Assembly (NCBI GenBank): GCA_043228905.1
Contig: JBHGNT010000002.1
Span: 16,740,001-16,804,000 of the forward strand
Direction: 5' to 3'
Source of the DNA: Azolla caroliniana
Lineage: Eukaryota; Plantae; Polypodiophyta
Length of the DNA: 64,000 nucleotides
The notes beneath the pieces are model-generated. The model worked only from the letters and a program-made list of their open reading frames with translations, searched no databases and had not been told where the DNA came from. Position numbers and translations under genes: made by a program. Below, one piece after another: positions 1-10,500 of this stretch (its first letter is position 1; each line of letters opens with the position of its first letter).

Positions 1-30
1 TCTCCGGCAAAGGTAGAAGCCATCTCCGCG

Positions 31-2091
31 ATGAAGCCTGATTGCAGCTCGGTCACGGAAGTACGAAGATTCTTGGGAGCATGCGCCTTCTACCACATAT
101 GGATCCCGCATTACGCGCACGTCGCGGAGCCGCTGTACGGATTATTGAAGAAAGGGCGAAGGTTCGAATGGCTAGACAAGCACACGGAGTCGGTCCGGAA
201 GCTGAAGGAGGCTCTTTCGGCAGCACCGGCGCTCCGAAAGGCCGTCTACAGGAAGGGCACCCCAGTGTACATAACGGTTGACACGAGTCCGACCGGAATC
301 GGGTGGGTCGTCAACCAAGAAGACGAGGACGGCAATCGGTTTCCGATCCGATTCGGCGCGAAGGTCCTCAGTGAGCGGCAGCGAGGATACGCCCAGGTTA
401 AACGCGAACTCTGGGGTATCGTTTCGGCGGTGAAGGCCGACAAGGACTATCTGATCGGGGCAGAGGTAATCATAGAGACGGATTGCATGCCGATTCTCGG
501 CATGGTTTCCGGATGCGCGACGCCGGACCTGGCAATGCTCAGGTGGATAGCGTACATCAAGTCCCTGGACCCGGAAATACGACACATTTCCGGGAAAGAC
601 AACGCCATGGCCGACATGCTTTCAAGGGCGAGATTCGATGACGAGGGCGGCATGGTTTCGGAGGACGAAGAGGTCGGCGTGGACTTCTTCGAGGCGGCAT
701 ACGTAACAACCGGCGGGACGAGCACTCCGGCGCTTAACGACTTCGACGCGAGCAAGTACGACGGGGAGTGGCTGCAGATCGGCGGGTTCTTGAGGACAAT
801 GGCGCCGGATGCGTCATGGACGAAAGACGAGGCCAATCGGATCCGGAAGAAAGCGTACCGGTTCTTTCTCCGGGATGGCTATCTATGGAAGCACCCGAAG
901 AAGAGGGACGGCGCTCCGCTCCGGGTGGTGGCGATGAAGGAGGAATAGGAGGAGCTGCTGACGGCCTACCACGACAGCCCTTGGGCCGGACACCGTGGAA
1001 CTTGGGCCACGTTCGAGAAGATAAAGGAGAAGTACTGGTGGCCGGGACTGTACCGGGATGTGCATCGATTCGTGACAACTTGCGAGAGCTGTCAGATGCA
1101 CTCCGTGGTCCGACACCGGGACGAGCTTCACCCTACGTACCCTCCGACCATCCACTTCAAATGGATGGTAGATCTGGTGACGATGCCAATGGGGGTAGGA
1201 CAGATGCGGTACCTGGTCCTAGTGCGGGAGGATCTGACGAACCAGGTGGAAGGCCGGGCCCTTCCCAACAAAACGACCGCGGCCGTATGTCGGTTCCTAA
1301 TCGAGGACGTGATATGCCGGTACGGGTGCGTCGGGAAGATCGTGGCTGACGGAGGGGAGTTGGACGCCGAAGAAGCCGCGGAGCTGTTCGACCGGCTGGG
1401 AGTCAAGCTCTCGCTCACCACTGCGTACAATCCGGAGGCGAATGGAAAGGTGGAGCGCGGACACGGACCGATCGTCAAGGCGCTGGTTCGAGCATGCGGG
1501 GGCCAAGTCGGTAACTGGCCGCGGCTGCTACCTTATGCTTTGTGGGCCAAGTCGGTAACCAGGTACATGCCGACGGAGCTCATGTTCGGCCAGAAGCCGA
1601 TCATGCCGATGGAACGGACGATCTCCTCGTGGGCAACGGTCGACTGGAGGGACGAGATGAGCCGGGAGGAGTTGTTGGCCACGCGTATGCGACAGCTCGA
1701 GCGGAGACCGGAGGACGTGGAACTGGCTGCAGAGAAGCTCCGGGTGACGAGGACAAAGAACAAAGCCAGGTTCGACCGAACGCACCGGCTCCGACCGAAG
1801 AAAATCGAAGAAGGTGACTGGGTGCTCGTCTACGACAGCAGCCTCGACAACCAGCACCGAGCTACACGGAAGTTCGCACGAAGGTGGTTCGGGCCTTACG
1901 TGGTACGGAGCGCCAATGACAACGGGATATATCACCTGGCGGAACTAGACGGCACGAGAATGGCGATACCGGTTGCAGGGAAGCGGATCAAAGCGTTCAA
2001 GAAGCGACACGACGACGAGCCAGACCCGGCGCTCCTAGTCAGCAGTGACGAACGATCCGAAAACGAGGAAGAACCGACGGGCGAGGAATGA
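31..2091 (+). pseudogene. pol: Gypsy pol (RNase H-integrase) broken by in-frame TAG at 946-948
   Basis: ORFs 31-948 and 1060-2091 are in the same frame, separated by one TAG (probably CAG>TAG). Confidence 0.9.
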
Positions 2092-2162
2092 AGACGGGCC
2101 GGTTTTCTCCGTCCCAACTCTCTTGGCGCATACCGGAGGATGCGCGGTTAGGTGGGGGCGGA

Positions 2163-2953
2163 TGTCGTGAAGAAAACCGTCCCTAGGCGGAATCGGCGCA
2201 CCAAGGCGTGGGAACCGGTTCTTCGCGCGCGCACGCTCCAAGTAGTACATAGAAGCGAGTTAGGAGGATAATCGGCAGGAACGGGCCCTAACACAAGTGG
2301 AGACAAAGACCGCGCGAACAGTCTTTTCGGTCGCGCGCGCGAGCTAAGGAACTGTACGAGTCGGCGGCGTAACTACGCGGATGCGTGAAGAACGGAGCGG
2401 ATCCCTGTTCAAAAGGGACAGGGAATAAAGCTGACAGGACGGCCTGCTCGTCGGCCTATATAAGGAGCAGGAAAGAGCTGTTGCAGGGATCTCGCGCAGA
2501 GAGGACGAAGTGCTGTCGGACCGTTTCTGGACGCTTCTCTCTCTGTTTCCTTCCTTCTCGAGCTCCATAGCTTTTCTGTGCAGGGTTCCGGGGAGGCTCG
2601 CGCTGTTTTGAGGAACGCCCGAGTGCTTCCGGCAGCACCTCCGACCTGCTACCCCTTGTGCGTCGAAGCGAACAAGCATCGGCATCTGTTCGCCGGCTTG
2701 TTCGGCTGTAGCCAACCTGTGCCCCATCGAGGGTTGTAGTCGTGTTAGCCATTTTCTTAATATACATATTTAGTCATTCGCATCTGTCTGTGTCGGTGTC
2801 TGTTCGCGTTCTCCATGCTGAAGGGCCGAGTCCCTGTGTATCCCCGGTCCTGCGTAGCCGGTTCTCTCCCTTTCTCCTCCCTCGCTTGCTCTTTGGTTCG
2901 AGACCCCCGCGGTCCCGCCTCGTTTCCACACGCACTTGCGTAATATCTCGACA
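2163..2953 (+). repeat. 3' LTR of element A
   Basis: TGTCG...TCGACA termini, CTATATAAG TATA at ~2456, preceded by GTGGGGGCGGA PPT; minus-strand integrase of element C follows at 2954. Confidence 0.9.
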
Positions 2954-4043
2954 CCGTATACTAGTTTAAACAGCGTGTGGTGAGTCGCTACTCTGTAGGA
3001 GGTGCGGAAGGCCCATAATGCGGCTTGGAGTTTGATGCTCCAATCAGACCGAGAGGCTGCGATTATCTTCGTGAGCACTATACATAACACCTTATTAGTG
3101 CTTTCCACTTGTCCATTGCATAGGGGGTAATAAGGGAGCTCTTGCGATGCGTCACCATAAACTCGCCTAGTAGGTGTGTTTTCACCTGATTTAGGAAATG
3201 AAAGCCTTGATCGTTGATTATTTCGAGTGGGCATCCGAACCGTGTGATGACATTTTCGTATAGGAATTTGGCAGTGGTGCATGCATCGGCGTTAACGCAG
3301 GCTTTGGCTTCGGCCCACTTGGTAGCATAATCTGTGGTGGTGATTATGTATCATTTGAGGTTGGAAGCTAGGCTAATTGGGCCGATAAAATCAATACCCC
3401 ATTTCTCGAATGGTTGCCAAGAAACTATTGGGTTTAATGTGTTGAAATCCGCTTTTCATGGGGCTTGAAACGTTGGCATTTGTCGCACCGACGTACATAC
3501 TCATATGTGTCTTTGAATAGTGTCGGCCACCATAGGCCTGACTGAAGGACCTTGCATGCGGTGGACTCGTGATTGAAATGGCCGCTTCCACTTCCGCAAT
3601 GATCTTCATCAATGATAGCAATGACATAATGGTTTGCTACACGCCTTCAAAGTACATCGTCATTGCCTCATCGACACAAGTTGCCTCTGAGCATTGCGAA
3701 GGGGCCACACTTCTTCAACAAGAAATGTGCTTGGGCATGACTTAGTTGTTTTAAGAAGAAGGCTCCTTCGGTTAAGACGCGAACGATGTCTGATGCCTAT
3801 GACGGTACAGTGTTGATCATGAATAATGCGGCATCTGGCATTTTGTCGTCGACTCTAGTGGCTTCTTCTCCATTTGGTAATTGCGATAAATGATCAGCGA
3901 GTACATGGTCCTTTCCCTTTCTCACCACCACTTTAAAGTCGAACTCGAGTAAAGTTACAATCCATCGGGGTATGCGTCTTGTGGCGTGAGTCTTGTTCAT
4001 CCAGTAGAGGAGGGCTTAGTGATCTACGAAAAATGAGAAACGT

Positions 4044-4686
4044 TGTCGTGACGATTTTCGGCTACAGTATGAAACCGACTGAGACGAATAAACCAAGGAT
4101 GTGCAACATTGCACATGCACTTAGCAAATAAACCTAGCCTAGTGGCACTTGAGTTCATACAGAGGGGTACAAGCAAGGATTGAACCTTGCACCTCTAAGA
4201 TACAAGATAATTGCCTTACCACTAGGACAACTATCATATAGTGTAGATTTTATGTATTTCCTTTTCATATACAAATTATAGACGAAACAACCATAGAAAA
4301 CCATGTGCACAAAACCATGGTTTTAAACCCATGGTTTGTGCATGACATAAGCAAAACCGTGTGCACAAAACCATGGTTTTAGCCCATGGTTTTGTGCATG
4401 TCACAAGCATGGAAAGACCTATAAAAGCCTCTAGTTGGGCTTGTGTAAAGGGGGGCTCAATATGTGATACCACCAACACCATTATCATCAATATAATTAT
4501 ATTTGTCTTTATCTTCTTCATTATTTTCTACTTCTCAAGTGTACAAGTTTTCTTCTTCTCAAGTGAACAAATTCTGTCTAATCTTACATTGATCGTCATC
4601 TCTTCAATAATTCCGCGAACATCCTCCCCAGTCCAAGACCCCGGTGGTCGCTCGAGTAGCACACGCACGCGCGAATCTTCGCGACA
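4044..4686 (+). repeat. 5' LTR of element B
   Basis: TGTCG...CGACA termini, CTATAAAAG at ~4419. Confidence 0.93.
4173..4235 (-). other. tRNA-like A-box/T-arm (B-box) module inside LTR of B (second copy ~7048-7110)
   Basis: Minus strand reads GTCCTAGTGGTAAGG...GAGGT-GCAAGG-TTCAAT-CCTTGC (perfect 6-bp T-stem); no complete acceptor stem. Confidence 0.6.
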
Positions 4687-4691
4687 TCATT

Positions 4692-4709
4692 TGGTGAACC
4701 CGACGTGAA
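4692..4709 (+). promoter_or_regulatory. Primer binding site complementary to tRNA-Trp 3' end
   Basis: TGGTGAACCCGACGTGAA is the reverse complement of the plant tRNA-Trp 3' end (..TTCACGTCGGGTTCACCA) as recalled; lies 5 nt after the LTR CA. Confidence 0.85.
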
Positions 4710-4730
4710 GAGCAGTAGGGGAGGACGAAG

Positions 4731-5660
4731 ATGGATGGCGAATATCTCATGGAGGCAATGTCAAGAAGGATGATGGAGTTTCTGAGAGAAGGGAAAAGAA
4801 GAAATGAAGCCCAACAAGCCGTCGACAAGATAGTCGAACGAATGAGCTATTTCAACGGCGCCGAAGTCCAAAGTTTCCTAAAAGTCTACAATGCGGAGAT
4901 GGATTCAAGAGGTGTGGACAAAGCTATGAGGCTGGAGTACTTTTGTCGAGTGGTGTCTCAACCGATCTTCAAAGATGTAAAAGAGCTTCTAGAAGCTCAT
5001 GATTCGTGGGCGACTTTCGAGAAGGCTCTATTGGAGGAATATGACTATGAGAGACTAACGGGACAAGATCGACGCAACTTCGACCAATGGGTGACATCAG
5101 CGAAGACCCACCAAGGCGCGACACAAGCATTCGTAGACTTCGAGCATCATTTTTCTCAATTGTCGGAGCGGGAACAAAGATTGGTGGGGGTCGATAAGGT
5201 CCTTATGTTCGTGAAGTCAATCGATCGAATGGAAAGGATGGCGATCGGCCTCAAACTTGAAGAAGATGATGGTGCAAATGGCCTCATCGAGGATTGGAGC
5301 AAAGTGGAAAGTGTATGCCGACTACACGATAAGGGGCGAGCGAGAATATCGACGACAACAAGACGGCTCATGAGGGACGATCGAAGAGGGACAAGATGCA
5401 ACAACGCGCCACCAACAAAAGAAATGAAGCTTAGAAGGGAGACAAAACCGAGGCGAATGGTGATCGAGGAAGAAGAGACCTCCCAACAAATGCGGGTTAA
5501 TGAAGTGGCCGATACAAAGGCTCTGGTTCGGTATGACGGTACCGAGAGAGAAGGTGTGAAACAAGTCACCTTCTTGTCTTACAAAGAAATGACGGCGAAG
5601 GAGGAGTCCGATGACTCGAGGACGGCGAACGCCACTTCGAGGGAGGATAAATGTTTCTGA
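4731..5660 (+). CDS. gag: Gag-like protein of element B
   Basis: 309-aa ORF starting just after the PBS; FNGAEVQSFLKVYNAEM and WATFEKALLEEY resemble retrotransposon capsid motifs. Confidence 0.7.
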   Translation: MDGEYLMEAMSRRMMEFLREGKRRNEAQQAVDKIVERMSYFNGAEVQSFLKVYNAEMDSRGVDKAMRLEYFCRVVSQPIFKDVKELLEAHDSWATFEKALLEEYDYERLTGQDRRNFDQWVTSAKTHQGATQAFVDFEHHFSQLSEREQRLVGVDKVLMFVKSIDRMERMAIGLKLEEDDGANGLIEDWSKVESVCRLHDKGRARISTTTRRLMRDDRRGTRCNNAPPTKEMKLRRETKPRRMVIEEEETSQQMRVNEVADTKALVRYDGTEREGVKQVTFLSYKEMTAKEESDDSRTANATSREDKCF

Positions 5661-5739
5661 ACACGCATTGTGTACGAAACATCGGGTGATAACGGCGCAA
5701 GCATGAGAAAAGCTTGCATGATCGAGGGAGAAAAAGTGT

Positions 5740-6957
5740 TTGAGTCTGAAGAGATTGAGGAGGTGGCTATGGACAAACGACATCGAGTCGGAGGTGGCTA
5801 TGGACGAGTCGACAACGGATAGCCATGTCAAGACTTTCTCCACGATTGTTCCAGAGACTTCGGCGGTTGCGCCCGTGTGCCAACGTGAGACCGGAGAGAC
5901 GGAAGGTGGTGACGGGAAGACAAAGGCCCAACACAAAGAGGAAGAAGATCGAGGAAGAAAGGATATCCCCACACCTATTCTAGAGACTTCGGCGGTTGTG
6001 CACGTGCGTCAACGTGAGACCGGAGAGACAGAATGTGTGGACAAAAAAGAGGACGACCGGAAGGGCGATGAAGAAGACAAGATAAATGTAAATGAACGAA
6101 GGGATTCCTTCACACTGGTTCCGGAGACTTCGGCAGTCGAGACCGTGTGTCGACATAAGACTGAAGATAAAGGAGGTGGCGAAGAGGAGACAATATGGCT
6201 CGAGGCGAGCATACACGGAGGGAAGGATATGGCCGACGTGGAGGCCAAGGATGAAGCTGCGGTTGAGTTCGATGGAGAGGTTGCATGTGGGAAGGAAGGA
6301 AGAGTCGAGAACCGGTCGAACCGGAAGACGATCCGGCCGGGATTCCGACCCGAACGAAGGAAGATCCACATGGGAGCCGATCGACCAGGGCCGACCCGGC
6401 CGAAACCTGATTCGGCGAAAATCGATCGGACGATTCCGATCCAAAAGGGGGCCGACCCAGCCAGAATCAATCGGTCGAGCCCGACTCGGCGAAATGTGAA
6501 TGCAGACGAAGGCCAACCAAGCCAAGAAGCGATCGGTGGAGACCGATCCGGACAAGGGCAAACTCGGCCTAATCGGAGATCGAAACGAACGATCTACAAT
6601 ACCCAGTTGAAGACGGTGAGCGTGAGGAGTGGTCAGGAGTCCAATCGAAGGACACACGCGGTGGACGAAGGAAGAGCGGTCGTATCGACGACATCGTTCG
6701 GTAGATCTACTACAACCGATCGGGGAAGAAGGTGTGGGCGCCGGATATGGTGGATCGGGTGGCTACGGTGGTTCGGTTGGAAAGATTGCGCATACTCGAA
6801 GTGGAAGACGAAGTCGACGAGCGTGCAGAGGAACTCGGTTGATCACCGTTGCCAAAGATCTCACCTCTTCACCTTTCTCGGCACATACCGGAGTATGTGC
6901 GGGTTTGGTGGGGGTGGATGTCGTGACGATTTTCGGCTACAGTATGAAACCGACTGA
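5740..6957 (+). CDS. Low-complexity ORF (acidic ETSAV repeats, Arg/Pro-rich tail); probable frameshifted continuation of gag
   Basis: 405-aa open frame with three ETSAV repeats; ends inside the 3' LTR. Confidence 0.45.
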   Translation: MSLKRLRRWLWTNDIESEVAMDESTTDSHVKTFSTIVPETSAVAPVCQRETGETEGGDGKTKAQHKEEEDRGRKDIPTPILETSAVVHVRQRETGETECVDKKEDDRKGDEEDKINVNERRDSFTLVPETSAVETVCRHKTEDKGGGEEETIWLEASIHGGKDMADVEAKDEAAVEFDGEVACGKEGRVENRSNRKTIRPGFRPERRKIHMGADRPGPTRPKPDSAKIDRTIPIQKGADPARINRSSPTRRNVNADEGQPSQEAIGGDRSGQGQTRPNRRSKRTIYNTQLKTVSVRSGQESNRRTHAVDEGRAVVSTTSFGRSTTTDRGRRCGRRIWWIGWLRWFGWKDCAYSKWKTKSTSVQRNSVDHRCQRSHLFTFLGTYRSMCGFGGGGCRDDFRLQYETD

Positions 6958-7534
6958 GACGAATAAACCAAGGATGTGCAACATTGCACATGCACTTAGC
7001 AAATAAACCTAGCCTAGTGGCTCTTGAGTTCATACAGAGGGGTACAAGCAAGGATTGAACCTTGCACCTCTAAGATACAAGATAATTGCCTTACCACTAG
7101 GACAACTATCATATAGTGTAGATTTTATGTATTTCCTTTTCATATACAAATTATAGACGAAACAACCATAGAAAACCATGTGCACAAAACCATGGTTTTA
7201 AACCCATGGTTTGTGCATGACATAAGCAAAACCGTGTGCACAAAACCATGGTTTTAGCCCATGGTTTTGTGCATGTCACAAGCATGGAAAGACCTATAAA
7301 AGCCTCTAGTTGGGCTTGTGTAAAGGGGGGCTCAATATGTGATATCACCAACACCATTATCATCAATATAATTATATTTGTCTTTATCTTCTTCATTATT
7401 TTCTACTTCTCAAGTGTACAAGCTTTCTTCTTCTCAAGTGAACAAATTCTGTCTAATCTTACATTGATCGTCATCTCTTCAATAATTCCGCGAACATCCT
7501 CCCCAGTCCAAGACCCCGGTGGTCGCTCGAGTAG
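6919..7534 (+). repeat. 3' LTR of element B (last 27 bp missing)
   Basis: Matches 4044-4659 with three substitutions seen by eye. Confidence 0.93.
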
Positions 7535-10500
7535 GTAATGTCAGAACTTCATCACGTTGTAAACCATTGCTAAATCTTATGTTCTATGGTAGAGTAATTT
7601 TGTTCCACAAAGTTCAGTTGATGGCTAGCAAAGGTTATCGGTAGATCAAGTGCTCCTTCGCCAGGTTGAGCGAGTACTGCCCCGATCCTGAAGGCGGAAG
7701 CATCGGTGTGAATGTGGAATTCTTTGCTCCAGTCTGGAGATCGGAGGATGGGAGCTTTAGTTAAGTACTCCTTCAAGAGCTTGAATGAACGAGTGCACTC
7801 TTCAGTCCATGTGTACTGTTTTAGTTAACGCGCAGAGTGGTCTCACTTTCTCCGCAAACATCTTAATGAACCGTCTATAGTAACCTGCATACCCCATGAA
7901 CCCTTGCAGTTGTTTTTCATTTTTGGATGGTGGCATGTCATAGATGAGCTTTACTTTCGCCTCATCGGTTGAGATCACATGTCGGGACACCACATGACCT
8001 AGTATGAGTCCGTGTTTGACCAAAAACTGACACTTGAGAGGGTTGAGAGAGAGTTGGTACTCCCTACATTTTTCGAATGTTAAGCGGAGTAGTGCAAGGT
8101 GGTCACGCCATTTCCAATGGCAGCATAAATCATCGACATAGGACTCCACTCCTTGTTATAACCTTGCCATGAAGATGTGGTCCACTAAACTTTGATAGGT
8201 GCTTAGGGCACTTGTGAGCCCAAAAGGCATCTGTTTGTACGCGAACGTACCAAATTTGGTTGCAAAGACTGTCTTGTGTTGATCCTCAGGAACTACCAAT
8301 ATTTGGTTGTACCTCGAGAACCCATCAATAAGCTATAGGCTTCTGCCCCCGCAACTCTTTCGAGTAAGTGCTCAATGTAGGGTATCGGGTAGTTGTCCCT
8401 GATAGTAGCATCGTTGACTTGCCAATAGTAGATGCGTATGTGAATTTTTCCGTTCTTCTTTGGGACGACTACTACGGAGAGACCCAAGTCCTACGCTCAA
8501 TCGGGAAGATGATGTCAGCATCTAGCATATTATCGATTTCGGCATAGTTGTTGGGCACTCTTCAGTCCATGTGTACTTCGTGAGCATAGTTAGGGTTCAT
8601 TGGGCATGGTCGTTGTCAGATTGGGCGGGCATCGGCTTGCATGGGGATGCTATGGGTGACTACTCCGGCCAGTACACCTTTCAGATCTGTGTACGTCCAT
8701 GCGAACACGTCTCTAAATTCTGTGAGGAGGGCAATTAAAGATGTCTCCTCGTCCAGCTGGAGATTCGCGGCGATGAACATTGGTTTGGAGTCCACCCCAT
8801 TTCCTAGGTTGACTTCTTTAACTCTAGCCAGACCATCACATGCCTCTCCTAAGGTGTTAGGTGTGCGTTGTGGTCGTTTACAAGCCACCACTCTATTCCC
8901 TTGTTCGTAGACTTTGAATTCCTCAGGGAAGTCAACTTCTTCAAGTCTTCCCAGTGGGAAAATTTTCTTCTTTTCGTGTCGCCTACTTCACTTGGCATTT
9001 GTCCTTTGTATTGGTCTACCCTTTGTTTTGGTGCGAGGATGGTGACATTGAAACATGAAATCGTGTCCCTGTCTTCATCACAACACTTTGTACCGATGGG
9101 GTACATGGCATCGGTCATGGTGAGAGTGTGTACCCGATTCATTTTTGACGAATTAGAGGCTACGGATGTGTCGTCTCTCACATTCTTTGCCTTGGGAGTA
9201 GCAAGCCTTTGGGGTAGGGGTTGGCCTCTGGCCAAGATCTGGACTGCCTTTGTTGGGTGGCACTTGAGGAGGTTGGTCTCGAATTTGGTGGTCTCTGGCC
9301 AATCGTCGACAAGGGGACTGCGTGCTTGTTCGTGGACTTTTTATGTGTATGCCTTGATGCGAAATGTTTTGTTGTTTTTCCGCATGTAAATTGTGGCATT
9401 CTCGAAGTCCATCATTAGGCGGCTTACTCTTAGGAATGGTTGTCCTAGTAAACACTTGTAAGCCACGTGATTAGATGATCTTGTTACAACGAAGGTAAGA
9501 TTGAAGTCGACCCCATGGATAGTGAAGTTGTGAACCGGGAAGCATTTTTGGGCTGCCCCACTTACACCAACATTCGTTGGTGACTATGCTTACCCATGCT
9601 CCGTATCAATAATCACGTCACAAGTCGTGTCGTTGGCGCAAACGGGGAGAGTGAAACTAGTGTCGTCACTCTCGAAATGAGCTCCACATCTATCGGCATT
9701 TCTTTGGGTTGGTTGGGGAATGTGATTGTATGAGGGATGTCGGTGTGTATCTTCTCTCCATAACCCGCAAACAATCCTCCATTGAGGCAGCGGAGGCCAT
9801 CATGCCATGGCTGAATGTTGAGTTTGAGTAGCTCTTCGAGTGTGAATTCGATTTCTTTAGCAAGTATAGGTTGTAGCTCGTGATTGTCAGTCACGAAGGT
9901 GCCGATGTAGCTCTGTACATCACGTAATGTTAGGCATAACTTTAGATTTAACATTTGTTGGAGCAAGACTGTGTTGACTTCGTAAACCAGAGTAGATTGA
10001 GAAATGGGGATGTTGGTTGGTGTTGCAGCGACAGGGGGCATATCCGTGTATCGGGATGGCAGGTTTACCCAGTCTTCTAGTCGGTCAAAGTTTAGACTTG
10101 GAGGCTAAACGACCCTTCGATCTGTTCGTGGTGTATGAGTTTGATGTATTCTTTGACCCTTTGTTTTTCAGCTACTGGGTTTGGGCACGTTGCTAGGTAT
10201 GCGGGTAAGTCTTGGTTAAGGTTTATAGGTATCGCTTCTACATCTCCTTGAGGTTCTTTATCTTGCTTGGTTTTCGTGGATGCGGTCTTTTTAGATTTTC
10301 GCTTCTTCCGTGTAATCGTGGGAAGGCCCTAGTCATGATACTTCAAGTCATGAGCTACTCTTTGAGCTCGTGTGATGACGTTGGCACCAATCGTTGATGG
10401 TACTCCCGGTATGGGTCTTCATATTCTTGGGTACCCTCCCCAACCTGGGCTTGGTTATCCATGGCGTATTCTGGTTCGGCAAGCCGGGCTCCAGTGAGAG

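Larger units (their letters stand above)
1..2953 (+). mobile_element. Ty3/Gypsy LTR retrotransposon A, 3' part (end of RT, RNase H, integrase, PPT, 3' LTR); non-chromovirus
   Basis: ORF 31-948 has RT-thumb/RNase H motifs (EVRRFLG, VDTSPTGIG, ELWGIV, TDC, DNAMADMLSR). ORF 1060-2091 has the integrase CESCQ, DLV..ADGG, NGKVER and GPY motifs, with no chromodomain. G-rich PPT precedes TG at 2163. Confidence 0.95.
4044..7534 (+). mobile_element. Young non-autonomous gag-only LTR element B (TR-GAG-like), inserted in RNase H of element C
   Basis: Near-identical direct repeats 4044-4659 and 6919-7534, PBS at 4692, PPT before 6919, internal gag-like ORF, no RT/RNase H/integrase motifs. Confidence 0.9.

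Noticed and set aside
4276-4708. Duplicated small ORFs (4276-4708 and 7151-7538)
   Set aside because: They lie within the two LTRs of element B and are incidental.
5156-6657. Long antisense ORFs in element B and other GC-rich TEs
   Set aside because: Expected shadows of GC-rich coding DNA, with no recognisable motifs.
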